Both the position numbers and the translations under genes were made by a program. This document shows positions 54,254 to 64,000 of a stretch of DNA of 64,000 bases, piece by piece. Every line of letters starts with the position of its first letter. The first letter of the stretch is position 1. The DNA lies in NCBI GenBank assembly GCA_963809895.1, contig CAWELD010000003.1:2816001-2880000 (forward strand), given 5' to 3'. The notes beneath the pieces were generated by a model that was not told the DNA's origin, searched no databases, and was given only the letters and a program-made list of their open reading frames with translations. This DNA comes from an uncultured Gemmatimonadales bacterium (lineage in GTDB: Bacteria > Gemmatimonadota > Gemmatimonadetes > Longimicrobiales > Gaopeijiaceae).

Positions 54254-57040
54254 ATGGCTGCCTCCCCCCTCCGTCGACATCTCCTGCGACGCTGGTCTGC
54301 CGTCGCGGCCCTCGGCCTCGCGCTCGCCTCGCCCCTCGTCGCGCAACAAGCGGCTCTCGAGACCCGGGACCCGAATCAGCGGCAGGACGACGACTTCGCG
54401 AAGGCGGTGGCCGAGTGGACCACCAAGCCGGAGTTCATCAGCCCGCTGGTGGATCACCTGCCGGTGGTGGAGGGCGTGCCCTCGCCCAAGGACGTCCTGG
54501 GATACCACATCGGCGCCCCGAAGAAGCTCACCTACTACAGCGACATCCTGGCATACTACCGGGCCCTGGCCGATGCCTCGCCGCGGGTGAAGATCATGCC
54601 GGTGGGCTCCACCGACGAGGGGCGCGAGGCCGTGGTGGTGTTCGTGGGCTCGGAGGAGTCCATCGCCGACCTGGATCGCTACAAGGCGGACCTGGCCAAG
54701 CTGGCGGACCCGCGGGGGCTCAGCGAGGCCGAGGCGGACCAGGTCATCGCCGACGCCAAGCCGCTCTACCACGTCATGGGGGGACTCCACAGCGGAGAGA
54801 CCGGGCCACCCGAGATGCTCATGGAGCTGGCCTACCGCCTGGCCACCGAGGACTCCCCCCTCATCCGGACCATCCGCGACAACGTGATCGTGTCCATCAC
54901 CCCGGTGGCGGAGCCCGACGGCCGGGACCGCTACGTGGACTGGTATTACCGATACCTGGTCGACGTCGACGACGAGAACGAGCGTCCGGGCGGCCCGCCC
55001 TACTGGGGCAAGTACGTGCTGCATGACAACAACCGCGACATCAACTATTCGCAGATGACCATGCAGACGCTGCTGGATTGGTACCTGGACTGGCACCCGC
55101 CCATCATGCACGAGCTGCACGAGTCCATCCCCTTCATGTACGACTACAGCGGGCAGGCGCCGCAGAATCCCGACTTCGACCCGATCCTGTTCGGCGAGCT
55201 GCCCTGGTACGCCAACTTCGAGATGGCGCAGATGATCAAGTACGGGATGCCGGGCGTGTGGACCCACGGCTTCATGGACGCCTGGTCGCCCGGCTACCTG
55301 GGGGCCATGGCGTACAACCACAACGGCATGATGCGCATGTACGAGATCTTCGGGAACGGGGGCGCCACCACCATGGAGCGCGACCTGTCCCGGGGCGGCG
55401 GCGACACCTCGCGAGAGTGGTATCGTCCGGTGCCGCCCTACGAGAAGGTGGTCTGGTCCATGCGCAACAACACCAACTACTCCGAAACCGGCGTGCTCCT
55501 GGGGCTGCAGCTCACCTCCGAGTTCCCCAAAGTGGTGCTGGAGAACTTCTACAAGAAGTCGCTGCACTCCATCCAGGACGGCGAAAACGAGACGCCTCAC
55601 GGCTTCGTCGTGCCCGCGGGCCAGCGCGACATGACCCGGGTGGCGCTCATGGTGAACCTGTTGCGCACGCAGGGGATCGAGGTCGGGCGCGCACGGCGCG
55701 AGGTGGAGGTGGGCGACAGCACCTACCCCGCCGGCTCCTACATCGTGAAGCGCAATCAACCGTACGGGCGCCTCGCCAAGATCCTCCTGGAGCGGCAGGA
55801 CTTCCCTGACGGCGATCTGCGCACCTACGACGACAGCGGCTGGACCATGGGTCTGTTGCTGAACACCGAGGTGGTGCCGGTGGACGACGAGGCCATCCTG
55901 GATGTGGACGTGACGCCGGTGGACCGGGTGGCGCTCCAGGGTACCGTCACCGGCGAAAGCAGCCCCGCGTTCTTCGCGGTGGCGCACCTGGGGTCCACGA
56001 ACATGATCACGCTGCGCTACCGCCTGCGGGACCTGGACGTCCAGGCCGCCGAGGCCGCCTTCGATGCCGACGGCACCGACATGCCCGCCGGGTCGTTCCT
56101 GATTCCCGCCTCCGGCGATGCGGACCGCATCCGCCAAGCGGTGGAGGAGCTGGGGCTGACCGCCGTGGGGCTGGAGGACGCGCCCGACGTGGCCACGCAC
56201 GCCCTGGACCTGCCCCGCATCGCCATGTTCACCACCTGGAGCAGCACCCAGGACGTGGGCTGGGTGCGCTACGCCTTCGACCAGTTCGAGATCCCCTACG
56301 ACCTGATCTACAAGGAACGGGTGAAGCAGGGGGATCTCCGCCGTGACTACGACGTCATCGTCATGCCGAGCCAGGGACGCGACGGCAAGAGCTTCGTGGT
56401 GGGCATTTCGCCGGACAACGGGCCGTTGGCCTATACCAGGACCGACCGCTTCCAGAACCTGGGCATGTACGGCTCGTCGGAGGACATCACCGGCGGCATG
56501 GGGCTCGACGGCGTCCTGGAGATCCAGAAGTTCGTGGAGGCGGGCGGCGTGCTCATGTCCCTGGGCAACGCCAGCACCTTCGCGCCGGACCTGGGCATCA
56601 CGCGCGACATCAACGCGTCGCGCACTTCCGGCGGCTTCTACGCGCCGCGGCCGGTGGTGGAGGCCGAAGTGACCCGACCGGAGCACCCTCTGTTCTACGG
56701 CTACACCAACACGACGCTGCCCATCAAGTACACCAACGGCCCCCAGCTTCAGGTCCCCCGCGACAAGGAGGACGACGAGGTCCTGATGAAGTACGTCGGG
56801 GGCGACGACGCGGTGCTGAGCGGCCTCATGCGGGGCGCGTCGCAGATCAAGGACCGCCCGGCCATCGTCGACGTGCCGGTGGGCCAGGGCCGGGTGCTTC
56901 TCTACTCCACCAACCCGGTCTATCGGTGGCAGAACCACGGAGAGTTCAACATGCTCTTCAACGCCATCATGAACTACGACGATCTGGCGGTGCCGCCGAA
57001 GAAGAAGGACGCCACGGTCACCGACGACGGGCACCTGTAG
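54254..57040 (+). CDS. M14-family zinc carboxypeptidase, secreted
   Basis: LHSGE (HxxE), DNNRD, HELHES. Confidence 0.88.
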   Translation: MAASPLRRHLLRRWSAVAALGLALASPLVAQQAALETRDPNQRQDDDFAKAVAEWTTKPEFISPLVDHLPVVEGVPSPKDVLGYHIGAPKKLTYYSDILAYYRALADASPRVKIMPVGSTDEGREAVVVFVGSEESIADLDRYKADLAKLADPRGLSEAEADQVIADAKPLYHVMGGLHSGETGPPEMLMELAYRLATEDSPLIRTIRDNVIVSITPVAEPDGRDRYVDWYYRYLVDVDDENERPGGPPYWGKYVLHDNNRDINYSQMTMQTLLDWYLDWHPPIMHELHESIPFMYDYSGQAPQNPDFDPILFGELPWYANFEMAQMIKYGMPGVWTHGFMDAWSPGYLGAMAYNHNGMMRMYEIFGNGGATTMERDLSRGGGDTSREWYRPVPPYEKVVWSMRNNTNYSETGVLLGLQLTSEFPKVVLENFYKKSLHSIQDGENETPHGFVVPAGQRDMTRVALMVNLLRTQGIEVGRARREVEVGDSTYPAGSYIVKRNQPYGRLAKILLERQDFPDGDLRTYDDSGWTMGLLLNTEVVPVDDEAILDVDVTPVDRVALQGTVTGESSPAFFAVAHLGSTNMITLRYRLRDLDVQAAEAAFDADGTDMPAGSFLIPASGDADRIRQAVEELGLTAVGLEDAPDVATHALDLPRIAMFTTWSSTQDVGWVRYAFDQFEIPYDLIYKERVKQGDLRRDYDVIVMPSQGRDGKSFVVGISPDNGPLAYTRTDRFQNLGMYGSSEDITGGMGLDGVLEIQKFVEAGGVLMSLGNASTFAPDLGITRDINASRTSGGFYAPRPVVEAEVTRPEHPLFYGYTNTTLPIKYTNGPQLQVPRDKEDDEVLMKYVGGDDAVLSGLMRGASQIKDRPAIVDVPVGQGRVLLYSTNPVYRWQNHGEFNMLFNAIMNYDDLAVPPKKKDATVTDDGHL

Positions 57041-57059
57041 CGGCCCGGCGCTTGGCGCT

Positions 57060-57103
57060 CATCCGCCCCCTCGTCGCCGATCCGGCGCCCGAGGGGGCGG
57101 ATG
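57060..57103. terminator. Long hairpin
   Basis: Perfect 14-bp stem CATCCGCCCCCTCG/CGAGGGGGCGGATG. Confidence 0.65.
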
Positions 57104-57186
57104 CGTCGCGGCCACGCGACTCTTGCCCAACCCCCCGTCGGTCCCGAGTGTCCATGGTGTGAGGTTTGCCAGACACAGGGGGAGAG

Positions 57187-57666
57187 ATGAAGCGTGTCAT
57201 CCAGTTCCTCCTGAACGGCGAGCCCACCGAGATCGACGTGGAGCCACGCAGGCCCCTCCTCTGGGTGCTGCGCGCCGATCTCGGGCTCACCGGCACCAAG
57301 TACGGGTGCGGTGAGCGGGAGTGCGGAGCCTGCACGGTCCTCCTCGAAGGACGACCGATCTACGCATGCCGCACCCCGGTGAGCTCCGTTCAGGACCGTG
57401 AAGTCGTCACCATCGAGGGGTTGGCCGGCCCCGACGACCTCCATCCGGTCCAGCAGGCGTTCGCCGACCACGGCGCCCTGCAATGCGGCTTCTGCACGCC
57501 GGGCATGATCATGCGCGCCGTGGGGCTGCTGCAGCGCAATCCCGATCCGACGGACGAGGACATCGCCGCGGGGCTGGAATCCAACCTGTGCCGGTGCGGG
57601 ACCTACAACCGCATCATCCGGGCGGTGCGTCAGGCCGCCGAGGCGATGCAGGGAGACGCGCCATGA
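57187..57666 (+). CDS. 2Fe-2S subunit (IorA/CoxS-like)
   Basis: GTKYGCGERECGACTV, QCGFCTPG, NLCRCG. Confidence 0.95.
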   Translation: MKRVIQFLLNGEPTEIDVEPRRPLLWVLRADLGLTGTKYGCGERECGACTVLLEGRPIYACRTPVSSVQDREVVTIEGLAGPDDLHPVQQAFADHGALQCGFCTPGMIMRAVGLLQRNPDPTDEDIAAGLESNLCRCGTYNRIIRAVRQAAEAMQGDAP

Positions 57667-59771
57667 GCACCTCACGCCGCAACTTCCTGAAGATCACAGG
57701 GTCGGGGATCATCGTGCTCTTCACGGTGGACATCACCGACATCCTGGCGCGCCGGACCATGCAGGTCCCGGGCTATCCCACCGACCTGAACTCCTACCTG
57801 CGCATCGGCGAAGACGGCCGCATCTCGCTGTTCACCGGCAAGATCGAGATGGGTCAGGGGATCTACACATCGCTGCCCCAGATGCTGGCCGAAGAGCTCG
57901 ACGTGCCCCTCTCTGCCATCGATCCCGTGCTGGGTGACACCGATCTGTGTCCGTGGGACATGGGCACCTTCGGATCCATGAGCACACGCTTCTTCGGGCC
58001 GCCCATGCGCCGGGCCGCCGCCGAGGCCAAGGCCGTTCTCAAGGAGCTGGCCAGCGAGCGCCTGGACGTGCCGGTGGCCCGCCTGGGCACCCGCGACGGC
58101 ACGGTGTTCGACTCCGACCACCCCGCCACCTCGGTGACCTACGCCGAGCTCGCGCAGGGCCAGCGCATCGAGCGCGAGGTCCCCGGCAACGCGCCGCTGG
58201 ACGACGCCGACGACTACACGGTGTGTGGCGTGCCCACGGCGCGTATCGATGCCGCCATGAAGGTCACCGGGCGCGCCGAGTACTCCGGCGACATCCGCCT
58301 GCCCGGCATGTTGTTCGCCAAGCTCCTGCGGCCCCCGGCCCACGGCGCTCGTCTCGTCGACGTGGACGTGAGTCGGGCCGAGGCCGTCGAAGGCGCCATG
58401 GTCGTGCGGGAAGGAGACATGGTCGCCGTCCTGCATGAACGTCCCGACGTGGCGGAAGACGCCGTGACCGCCATCCGCGCGCAGTGGGAAGAGCCGGAAT
58501 CCGGCGTGGACAACAGCACCATCTTCGAGCACCTGCTCGCCAACCTCCCCGACGCCCGCGTGGTGACGGAGGCCGGCGACCTCGGCCATGGCCGGGAGGC
58601 CGCGGCCCGGAGCGTGGAGTCCACCTTCCGCGCCCAGTACGTGGCGCATGCTCCCATGGAGCCGCATGCCGCGGTGGCGCAGCCCGAGGGCGACCGCATC
58701 ACCGTATGGGCCTCCACCCAGAACCCCTTCCCCCTGAAGCAGAACATCGCACGGTCGCTGTCCCTGGCCGAGGACCGGGTGCACGTCATCACGCCCTTCG
58801 TGGGCGGGGGATTCGGAGGCAAGACCGCCAACCGCCAGGCCCAGGAGGCCGCGCGGCTCGCCATGAAGGTCCAGCGACCGGTCCAGGTCCTGTGGAGCCG
58901 CCGCGAGGAGTTCTTCTACGACACCTTCCGGCCCGCCACCATCGTGCGCGTGGCGTCGGGCATCGACGACCAGGGGCGTGTCACCTTCTGGGACTACGCC
59001 AACATGCACGGCGGCGACCGGGGCTCCAGCCCGGTCTACCACCTGCCCAACCACCGCGTGACGTCGCAGGGCGGGTGGGGCGGCGACGGACCCCGCTATC
59101 ACCCGCTGGCCGTCGGCGCGTGGCGTGGCCCCGGCGCCAACGTCAATCACTTCGCCATGGAGTCGCAGATCGACGTCATGGCCGCGGCCGCCGGCATGGA
59201 TCCGGTCTCGTTCCGGCTGGCGAACCTCAACGACGAGCGCATGAAGCGCGTTATCCGCGCGGCCGCCGAGGCCTTCGGTGAGGAGTGGACGCCGGCGCCG
59301 TCGGGCCGAGGCATCGGCATCGCCCTCGGGGCCGACGCCGGCACCTACGTGGCCACCATGGCACGGGTGCGGGTCGACCGGGACCGGGGCGACGTGCGGG
59401 TCGAGCGCATCGTGTGCGCCCAGGACATGGGCGAGATCATCAACCCCGAGGGCGCCCTCATGCAGGCCGAGGGGGGACTGATCCAGGGCCTGGGATACAC
59501 ACTGCGCGAGGAGGTGCGCTTCGATCGCGGCGCCATCTTCGACGAGAACTTCGACTCCTACAGCATTCCGCGCTTCTCCTGGCTGCCCGAGGTCGAGGTC
59601 GTCCTGGTGCCGAGCCCCGAGCTGGGCCCCCAGGGCGGCGGCGAGCCCTCGGTGACCACCGTGGGCGCCGTGGTGGCCAACGCCATCCACGATGCCGTGG
59701 GTGCCCGGATGTACGAGCTGCCCATGACCCCGACGCGCGTCCGGGCGGCGCTGGCAGAGACACAGCAGTAG
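57663..59771 (+). CDS. Molybdopterin-binding subunit (IorB-like, xanthine oxidase family), Tat-exported
   Basis: SRRNFLK, EMGQG, HAPMEP, GGGFGGK, GGGEP. Confidence 0.92.
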   Translation: MSTSRRNFLKITGSGIIVLFTVDITDILARRTMQVPGYPTDLNSYLRIGEDGRISLFTGKIEMGQGIYTSLPQMLAEELDVPLSAIDPVLGDTDLCPWDMGTFGSMSTRFFGPPMRRAAAEAKAVLKELASERLDVPVARLGTRDGTVFDSDHPATSVTYAELAQGQRIEREVPGNAPLDDADDYTVCGVPTARIDAAMKVTGRAEYSGDIRLPGMLFAKLLRPPAHGARLVDVDVSRAEAVEGAMVVREGDMVAVLHERPDVAEDAVTAIRAQWEEPESGVDNSTIFEHLLANLPDARVVTEAGDLGHGREAAARSVESTFRAQYVAHAPMEPHAAVAQPEGDRITVWASTQNPFPLKQNIARSLSLAEDRVHVITPFVGGGFGGKTANRQAQEAARLAMKVQRPVQVLWSRREEFFYDTFRPATIVRVASGIDDQGRVTFWDYANMHGGDRGSSPVYHLPNHRVTSQGGWGGDGPRYHPLAVGAWRGPGANVNHFAMESQIDVMAAAAGMDPVSFRLANLNDERMKRVIRAAAEAFGEEWTPAPSGRGIGIALGADAGTYVATMARVRVDRDRGDVRVERIVCAQDMGEIINPEGALMQAEGGLIQGLGYTLREEVRFDRGAIFDENFDSYSIPRFSWLPEVEVVLVPSPELGPQGGGEPSVTTVGAVVANAIHDAVGARMYELPMTPTRVRAALAETQQ

Positions 59772-59783
59772 GGGGGCATCCCC

Positions 59784-60692
59784 TCAGGGCCAGGCCGCGA
59801 AGCCGAACCCCAACTGGGTCGTGTGTCTCCCCTGGAACTGGCCCAGAGGCGACGGCCCCGTGAGGAGCTCGAGGTTGGTGCGGATCCTCCGGCGCCCCCC
59901 GACCGGGGGCAGCCAGAACCCGAGCTGGGCCGCCACGCGAGGCGCCCAGCCCCAGTTCTGGTCCAGCTCGGCGTCGACGACCAGATGGAACCGGGAGATC
60001 TCGTATCCGCTCTCGGGCGGTACCAGCTCGGCCCCGACGCGGACGGACCAGGGCAGGGTAGTCCACGGATGCACGTTGTAGGCGTAGCGGCTCCCCGCGT
60101 AGGCGGCGAACGCCGAGGTCACCCGAACGTGGGCCACGACCTCGGCGGCGTCCCTCGATACATTGGCCCCCGCGGTGTCGAAGCGATTGGCGTATTCGTC
60201 GCCGAGGTGGCTGCTGGTGTGAAAGAAGCCCACCCGGATCCAGTGGGGGCCGATATGCCGGATGAGCGGCACGGCGAAGACCCAGTCCGTCGCCACCAGC
60301 TCCCGCTGCAGGATCTTGAGGGTGAAGCGCGCGAACACCCCGGCTTCCAGACCGAGCACGGTGGCGTGGTCATCGTCGGAACCGGCGAGCCGGAGGACCG
60401 GAAGCGCGCTCCCCAGCGCCACCTCGCCCGCCGGACCCTCGTGGTACGCGGAAGGGTCCTCGAAGACGTGCAGGAACTGCGCCTTCACCGCCGGATCCCG
60501 GGGCCCGAAGAGATCGGGTATGAGCGCTCGATCGGGAAACCAGCGACTCGATCCGGCCGACGTGGCGCTGCCGCCGTCGGACGAGGACAGGGCCTGCGCG
60601 CCGGCGCCGGTCGCGGTAGCCAGGATCGCGAAGCCAGCGAGGACGAAGAGACGGACCGGCGCCCAGGCCTCGGCTCGCCGTGGAATGGTCAT
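59784..60692 (-). CDS. DUF1207-like secreted or outer-membrane protein
   Basis: Signal peptide; FHTSSHLGDEY motif; beta-rich. Confidence 0.65.
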   Translation of the reverse strand: MTIPRRAEAWAPVRLFVLAGFAILATATGAGAQALSSSDGGSATSAGSSRWFPDRALIPDLFGPRDPAVKAQFLHVFEDPSAYHEGPAGEVALGSALPVLRLAGSDDDHATVLGLEAGVFARFTLKILQRELVATDWVFAVPLIRHIGPHWIRVGFFHTSSHLGDEYANRFDTAGANVSRDAAEVVAHVRVTSAFAAYAGSRYAYNVHPWTTLPWSVRVGAELVPPESGYEISRFHLVVDAELDQNWGWAPRVAAQLGFWLPPVGGRRRIRTNLELLTGPSPLGQFQGRHTTQLGFGFAAWP

Positions 60693-60871
60693 GCGATCAA
60701 ACCTCCGGAACGACGCCGCCCGGGCGTCGTCGATGAGCAGGAGGGTCGATCGTGTATCTTGACGGTAGCACCGACCGGGGCGCCGTTGAAGGATGTCCAC
60801 TCCTTGCACGTAATTTGGTGGGGTCGTCTCGTTTCTCGTCGCCCGGGCTCGTCTCTCGCCAGGAGCACCGC

Positions 60872-62233
60872 ATGCCACGTCTGTCCGCCGGTCCGCCGCT
60901 CGCCGCCATGACTCTCGTCGCCGCGCTGGGCATCCCCACCGGACTCGGGGCCCAGGAGCCGGATCCCGTCAACGAGGCCGCCATCCACTGGGTCGAGCTG
61001 CTGAAGGCCGAGCAGTTCGATTCCGCCGCGTCGTTGGTGGCTCCCAGCCTTCAGGATCGCCTGGGTTCGACGCAGCTCCAGGAACTGTGGTCCCAGCTCT
61101 CGGCGCAGTTCGGCGAGCTTCAGGAGCTCGCGCCGGGCAGCCGCAGCCAATCGTCCGGCTACGAGATCGCCGACCTGGCCGCCACCTTCGCCAACGGCGC
61201 GTACACGGTGCGAGTGGTCCTGGACGACGACATGAAGGTGGGGGGGTTCTTCATCCGCCCACCGGAGGGCGGCGGTGGCGCCGAAATACCGGAGTGGACG
61301 GCGCCCGCCTATGCCGATCCGAACGCCTTCGTGGAGAGCGACGTGAAGGTCGGGCGCGAGCCCTGGCTTCTGGACGGCACCCTCACCCTGCCGGTGGGCG
61401 AAGGCCCGGTGCCGGGCATCGTGCTGGTCCACGGCTCGGGACCCCAGGACCAGGACGAGACCATCGGCCCGAACAAGGTGTTCAAGGATCTCGCCTGGGG
61501 CCTGGCTTCAGACGGGATCGCCGTGTTGCGCTACGAGAAGCGCACCCATGCCTACGGCAGCCGCATGGCCGCCGAGGGTGACGTCAATCTCGATGCGGAG
61601 GTGATCCAGGACGCCCTGTCCGGCATCGACGTCCTGCGTGCCCACCGCGAGGTGAATCCCCGGGCCATCTTCGTTCTGGGACACTCCCTGGGCGGCACCA
61701 TGGCACCGGAGATCGCACGCCGCGACCACCGCCTCGCGGGCATCGTGATCATGGCGGGCTCGGCCCGGCCCTTCACCGAGATCGTCCGCGCGCAACTCGA
61801 CTATCTGAGGGGCCTGCCCGAGAACGGCTCGGCCCAGGCCCAGCAGCAGATCGACGACATTCTCGCCACCCTGGACCGCTACGACGCCGGGCAGCTCGAC
61901 GACACCGCCTCCATCATGGGCGCTCCGGTCTCGTACGTTCGCGAGTTGGAGGCCCGGGACCCGGTGGGCACCCTGGCGGCCATCGACACGCCGGCACTGC
62001 TCCTGCAGGGCGGACGGGACTACCAGGTCACCATGGGCGAGGACTTCCAGCTGTGGCAGAACGGGCTGAAGGGGAGAGCCAACACGACGTTCCTGAGCTA
62101 TCCGAGCCTGAGCCACCTCTTCACCCCCGGAGAGGGCATGGCCACGCCCACCGAGTACGCCACCGAGCGCAAGCACGTCTCCGGTAAGGTGATCCACGAC
62201 ATCGCCGACTGGATCCGGCAGACCGCCGGCTGA
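60872..62233 (+). CDS. Secreted alpha/beta hydrolase with a DUF3887-like N-domain
   Basis: LVHGSGPQDQDET, GHSLG, GRDYQV, SHLF. Confidence 0.88.
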   Translation: MPRLSAGPPLAAMTLVAALGIPTGLGAQEPDPVNEAAIHWVELLKAEQFDSAASLVAPSLQDRLGSTQLQELWSQLSAQFGELQELAPGSRSQSSGYEIADLAATFANGAYTVRVVLDDDMKVGGFFIRPPEGGGGAEIPEWTAPAYADPNAFVESDVKVGREPWLLDGTLTLPVGEGPVPGIVLVHGSGPQDQDETIGPNKVFKDLAWGLASDGIAVLRYEKRTHAYGSRMAAEGDVNLDAEVIQDALSGIDVLRAHREVNPRAIFVLGHSLGGTMAPEIARRDHRLAGIVIMAGSARPFTEIVRAQLDYLRGLPENGSAQAQQQIDDILATLDRYDAGQLDDTASIMGAPVSYVRELEARDPVGTLAAIDTPALLLQGGRDYQVTMGEDFQLWQNGLKGRANTTFLSYPSLSHLFTPGEGMATPTEYATERKHVSGKVIHDIADWIRQTAG

Positions 62234-62320
62234 GCCGGCGCCAGCCCCACGGCGTGGACCGTGGGGCGTGGCCCCCGTAGGTTGGCGAGCATCGGCAACC
62301 ACCCACCCGGAGCCTCATCC

Positions 62321-63430
62321 ATGCGCCGCTGCCGCCTCGCCGTCACCACCCTCCTCTTCGCGCTGCTCGCCGCGGGCGCGGTCCAGGCGCAATCCGCCAC
62401 CGAGGCCGTCTACCCCGGCACCACCTGGGAGCGCGTCGACCGCGACGGCCTGCGCGACTACGGCTGGTCGCCCGAGGACCTGCGTCGGACCTTCGAGTTC
62501 ATCCGGGACAGCGCCAACACCACCGGGCTCGTGGTGGTGGACCGGGGGCGGGTCGTCTTCACCTACGGCGACATCGAAGAGCTCAGCTATCTGGCCTCGG
62601 TGCGGAAGAGCATCCTGTCCATGCTGTACGGCAAATGGGTGGAGAACGGCACCATCGACCTGGACGCCACCCTGGCGGACATGGGGATGGACGACGTGGG
62701 TGGCCTTCTGGACGTAGAGAAGCGCGCCACGATCCACGACCTCGTCACCGCGCGCTCGGGGGTCTATCACGCGGCCTCCAACGGAGGCGACGATCTCGCC
62801 TCCGCCCCCGAGCGGGGATCCCAGGAGCCGGGCACCTACATGCTCTACAACAACTGGGATTTCAACGCCGCCGGTGCCGCCTTCGAGCTCGCCACCGGAC
62901 GAGACATCTACGACGAGCTCGGTGAGCAGCTCGCCGGCCCCCTGCAGTTCCAGGACTGGGACCGCAGCGCCCAGCACAAGAGCGGGAACCTGGAGATCTC
63001 CCGGAATCCCGCCTACCACTTCTGGCTGTCCACGCGCGACATGGCCCGCATCGGCTACCTCATGCTGCGCGAAGGGGAGTGGAACGGCGATCAGATCGTG
63101 TCAGGGGATTGGATCCACCGCATCACCGGCGTCTTCACGCCTCTCGAGGAGATGCATCCGCTCAGCCGGCGCGACGGCTACTTCGGATACGGCTACATGT
63201 GGTGGGTGTGGGACGGCCCCCGCGCGGTGGGCCCCTTCGAGGGCGCCTACACGGCGCGCGGCGCCATCGGGCAGTGGATCACCGTGCTTCCCGCCGTGGA
63301 CATGGTGATCGCCCACAAGACGAACTCCGTCTATTCCCGCACCACGAGCTGGGAGTCCTGGCAGCGCATGATCGAGCTTCTGTTCGAGGCCCACGGGGTG
63401 GCCATGCCCGGGCCGTATCCCTGGGGATGA
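62321..63430 (+). CDS. Beta-lactamase-family serine hydrolase
   Basis: SVRK (SxxK), YNN, STRDMARIG, YGYMWW. Confidence 0.9.
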   Translation: MRRCRLAVTTLLFALLAAGAVQAQSATEAVYPGTTWERVDRDGLRDYGWSPEDLRRTFEFIRDSANTTGLVVVDRGRVVFTYGDIEELSYLASVRKSILSMLYGKWVENGTIDLDATLADMGMDDVGGLLDVEKRATIHDLVTARSGVYHAASNGGDDLASAPERGSQEPGTYMLYNNWDFNAAGAAFELATGRDIYDELGEQLAGPLQFQDWDRSAQHKSGNLEISRNPAYHFWLSTRDMARIGYLMLREGEWNGDQIVSGDWIHRITGVFTPLEEMHPLSRRDGYFGYGYMWWVWDGPRAVGPFEGAYTARGAIGQWITVLPAVDMVIAHKTNSVYSRTTSWESWQRMIELLFEAHGVAMPGPYPWG

Positions 63431-64000
63431 CCGCCCTGCACCTGGCCGTGCTCCTGTTCGGCGCGGCCGGGCTCTTCGGCAAGCTCGTGCCCCTGCCGGC
63501 CGTGACCCTGGTCCTGGGCCGGGTGATCTTCGCGTCCCTCTCTCTCGGACTCCTCCTGGGATTCAGGGGGACGCCTCTTCTCCCCGACAGCCGGCGCGAG
63601 GCCCTGCGCCTGTTCGTGCCCGGGGCGCTCCTGACGCTCCATTGGGTGGCCTTCTTCCGGGCGATCCAGCTCTCCACGGTGGCCGTGGGCCTCCTCACCT
63701 TCGCCACCTTCCCGATCTTCACCGCGTTTCTGGAGCCGCGCCTGGGCGGAGACGACTTCCGTTGGCGCGACGCCGCCGCGGCGCTCGTGACCTTCGCCGG
63801 CGTGGCGCTGGTGGTGCCTCGCTTCGATCTGGCCGCGGCCGCCACCCGGGGGGCGCTGTGGGGCGTCGGCTCCGGCCTGTCCTTCGCGTTTCTGAGCATC
63901 GTCAACCGCCGCCTGGTACAGCGCCGGTCCAGCCTCGTGGTGGCCTTTCATCAGGATCTGGTGGCTGCCGTCCTGTTGGTGCCGACCCTGGTCTGGATTC
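63427..64000 (+). CDS. DMT/EamA-family transporter, running off the window edge
   Basis: MTALHLAVLLFGAAGLFGKL..., HWVAFFRAIQLSTVAVG, FTAFLEP; ATGA overlap; not in the ORF track. Confidence 0.85.
   Translation, partial: MTALHLAVLLFGAAGLFGKLVPLPAVTLVLGRVIFASLSLGLLLGFRGTPLLPDSRREALRLFVPGALLTLHWVAFFRAIQLSTVAVGLLTFATFPIFTAFLEPRLGGDDFRWRDAAAALVTFAGVALVVPRFDLAAAATRGALWGVGSGLSFAFLSIVNRRLVQRRSSLVVAFHQDLVAAVLLVPTLVWI

Noticed and set aside
57187..59771. Molybdoenzyme lacking an FAD subunit as a novelty
   Set aside because: The two-subunit IorAB-type architecture is established

Overview
High-GC, gene-dense chromosomal window of about 50 CDS. The gene repertoire (SusC/SusD pairs, Oar-type TonB-dependent receptor, stand-alone plug domains, several secreted peptidases, ECF sigma/anti-sigma pairs) suggests Gemmatimonadota; this is inference only. 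Content in order: partial lipoprotein; an unannotated 20-aa amphipathic peptide ORF; a frameshifted S9/DPP-IV peptidase; susC-susD with a long structured leader; two stand-alone plug proteins; thiC; two paralogous lipoproteins; a TetR-controlled LolA-like/FtsX-like ABC/outer-membrane barrel operon; modABC; an ECF/anti-sigma/LTxxQ trio behind a MacAB-like ABC system; TetR-TolC-EmrAB; infC (AUU start); an O-antigen-ligase-like protein; HU and csp; feoAB-mgtC; a membrane LuxR divergent from a di-heme peroxidase; an M1 peptidase; SusD-like plus Oar-type receptor divergent from a receptor-ECF-ZAS trio; an M14 peptidase; IorAB-like oxidoreductase; a DUF1207-like protein; hydrolases; and a partial DMT transporter. 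No rRNA, tRNA, CRISPR array, transposase or integrase was seen. Best leads: the hidden toxin/PSM-like peptide with an SD-sequestering leader, the free plug proteins, the ECF module with a duplicated CTAA-N16-CCTGTC promoter, the LolA-like trans-envelope system with co-regulated paralogous lipoproteins, and the susC leader RNA. All family calls come from motif recognition by eye, not from database searches.
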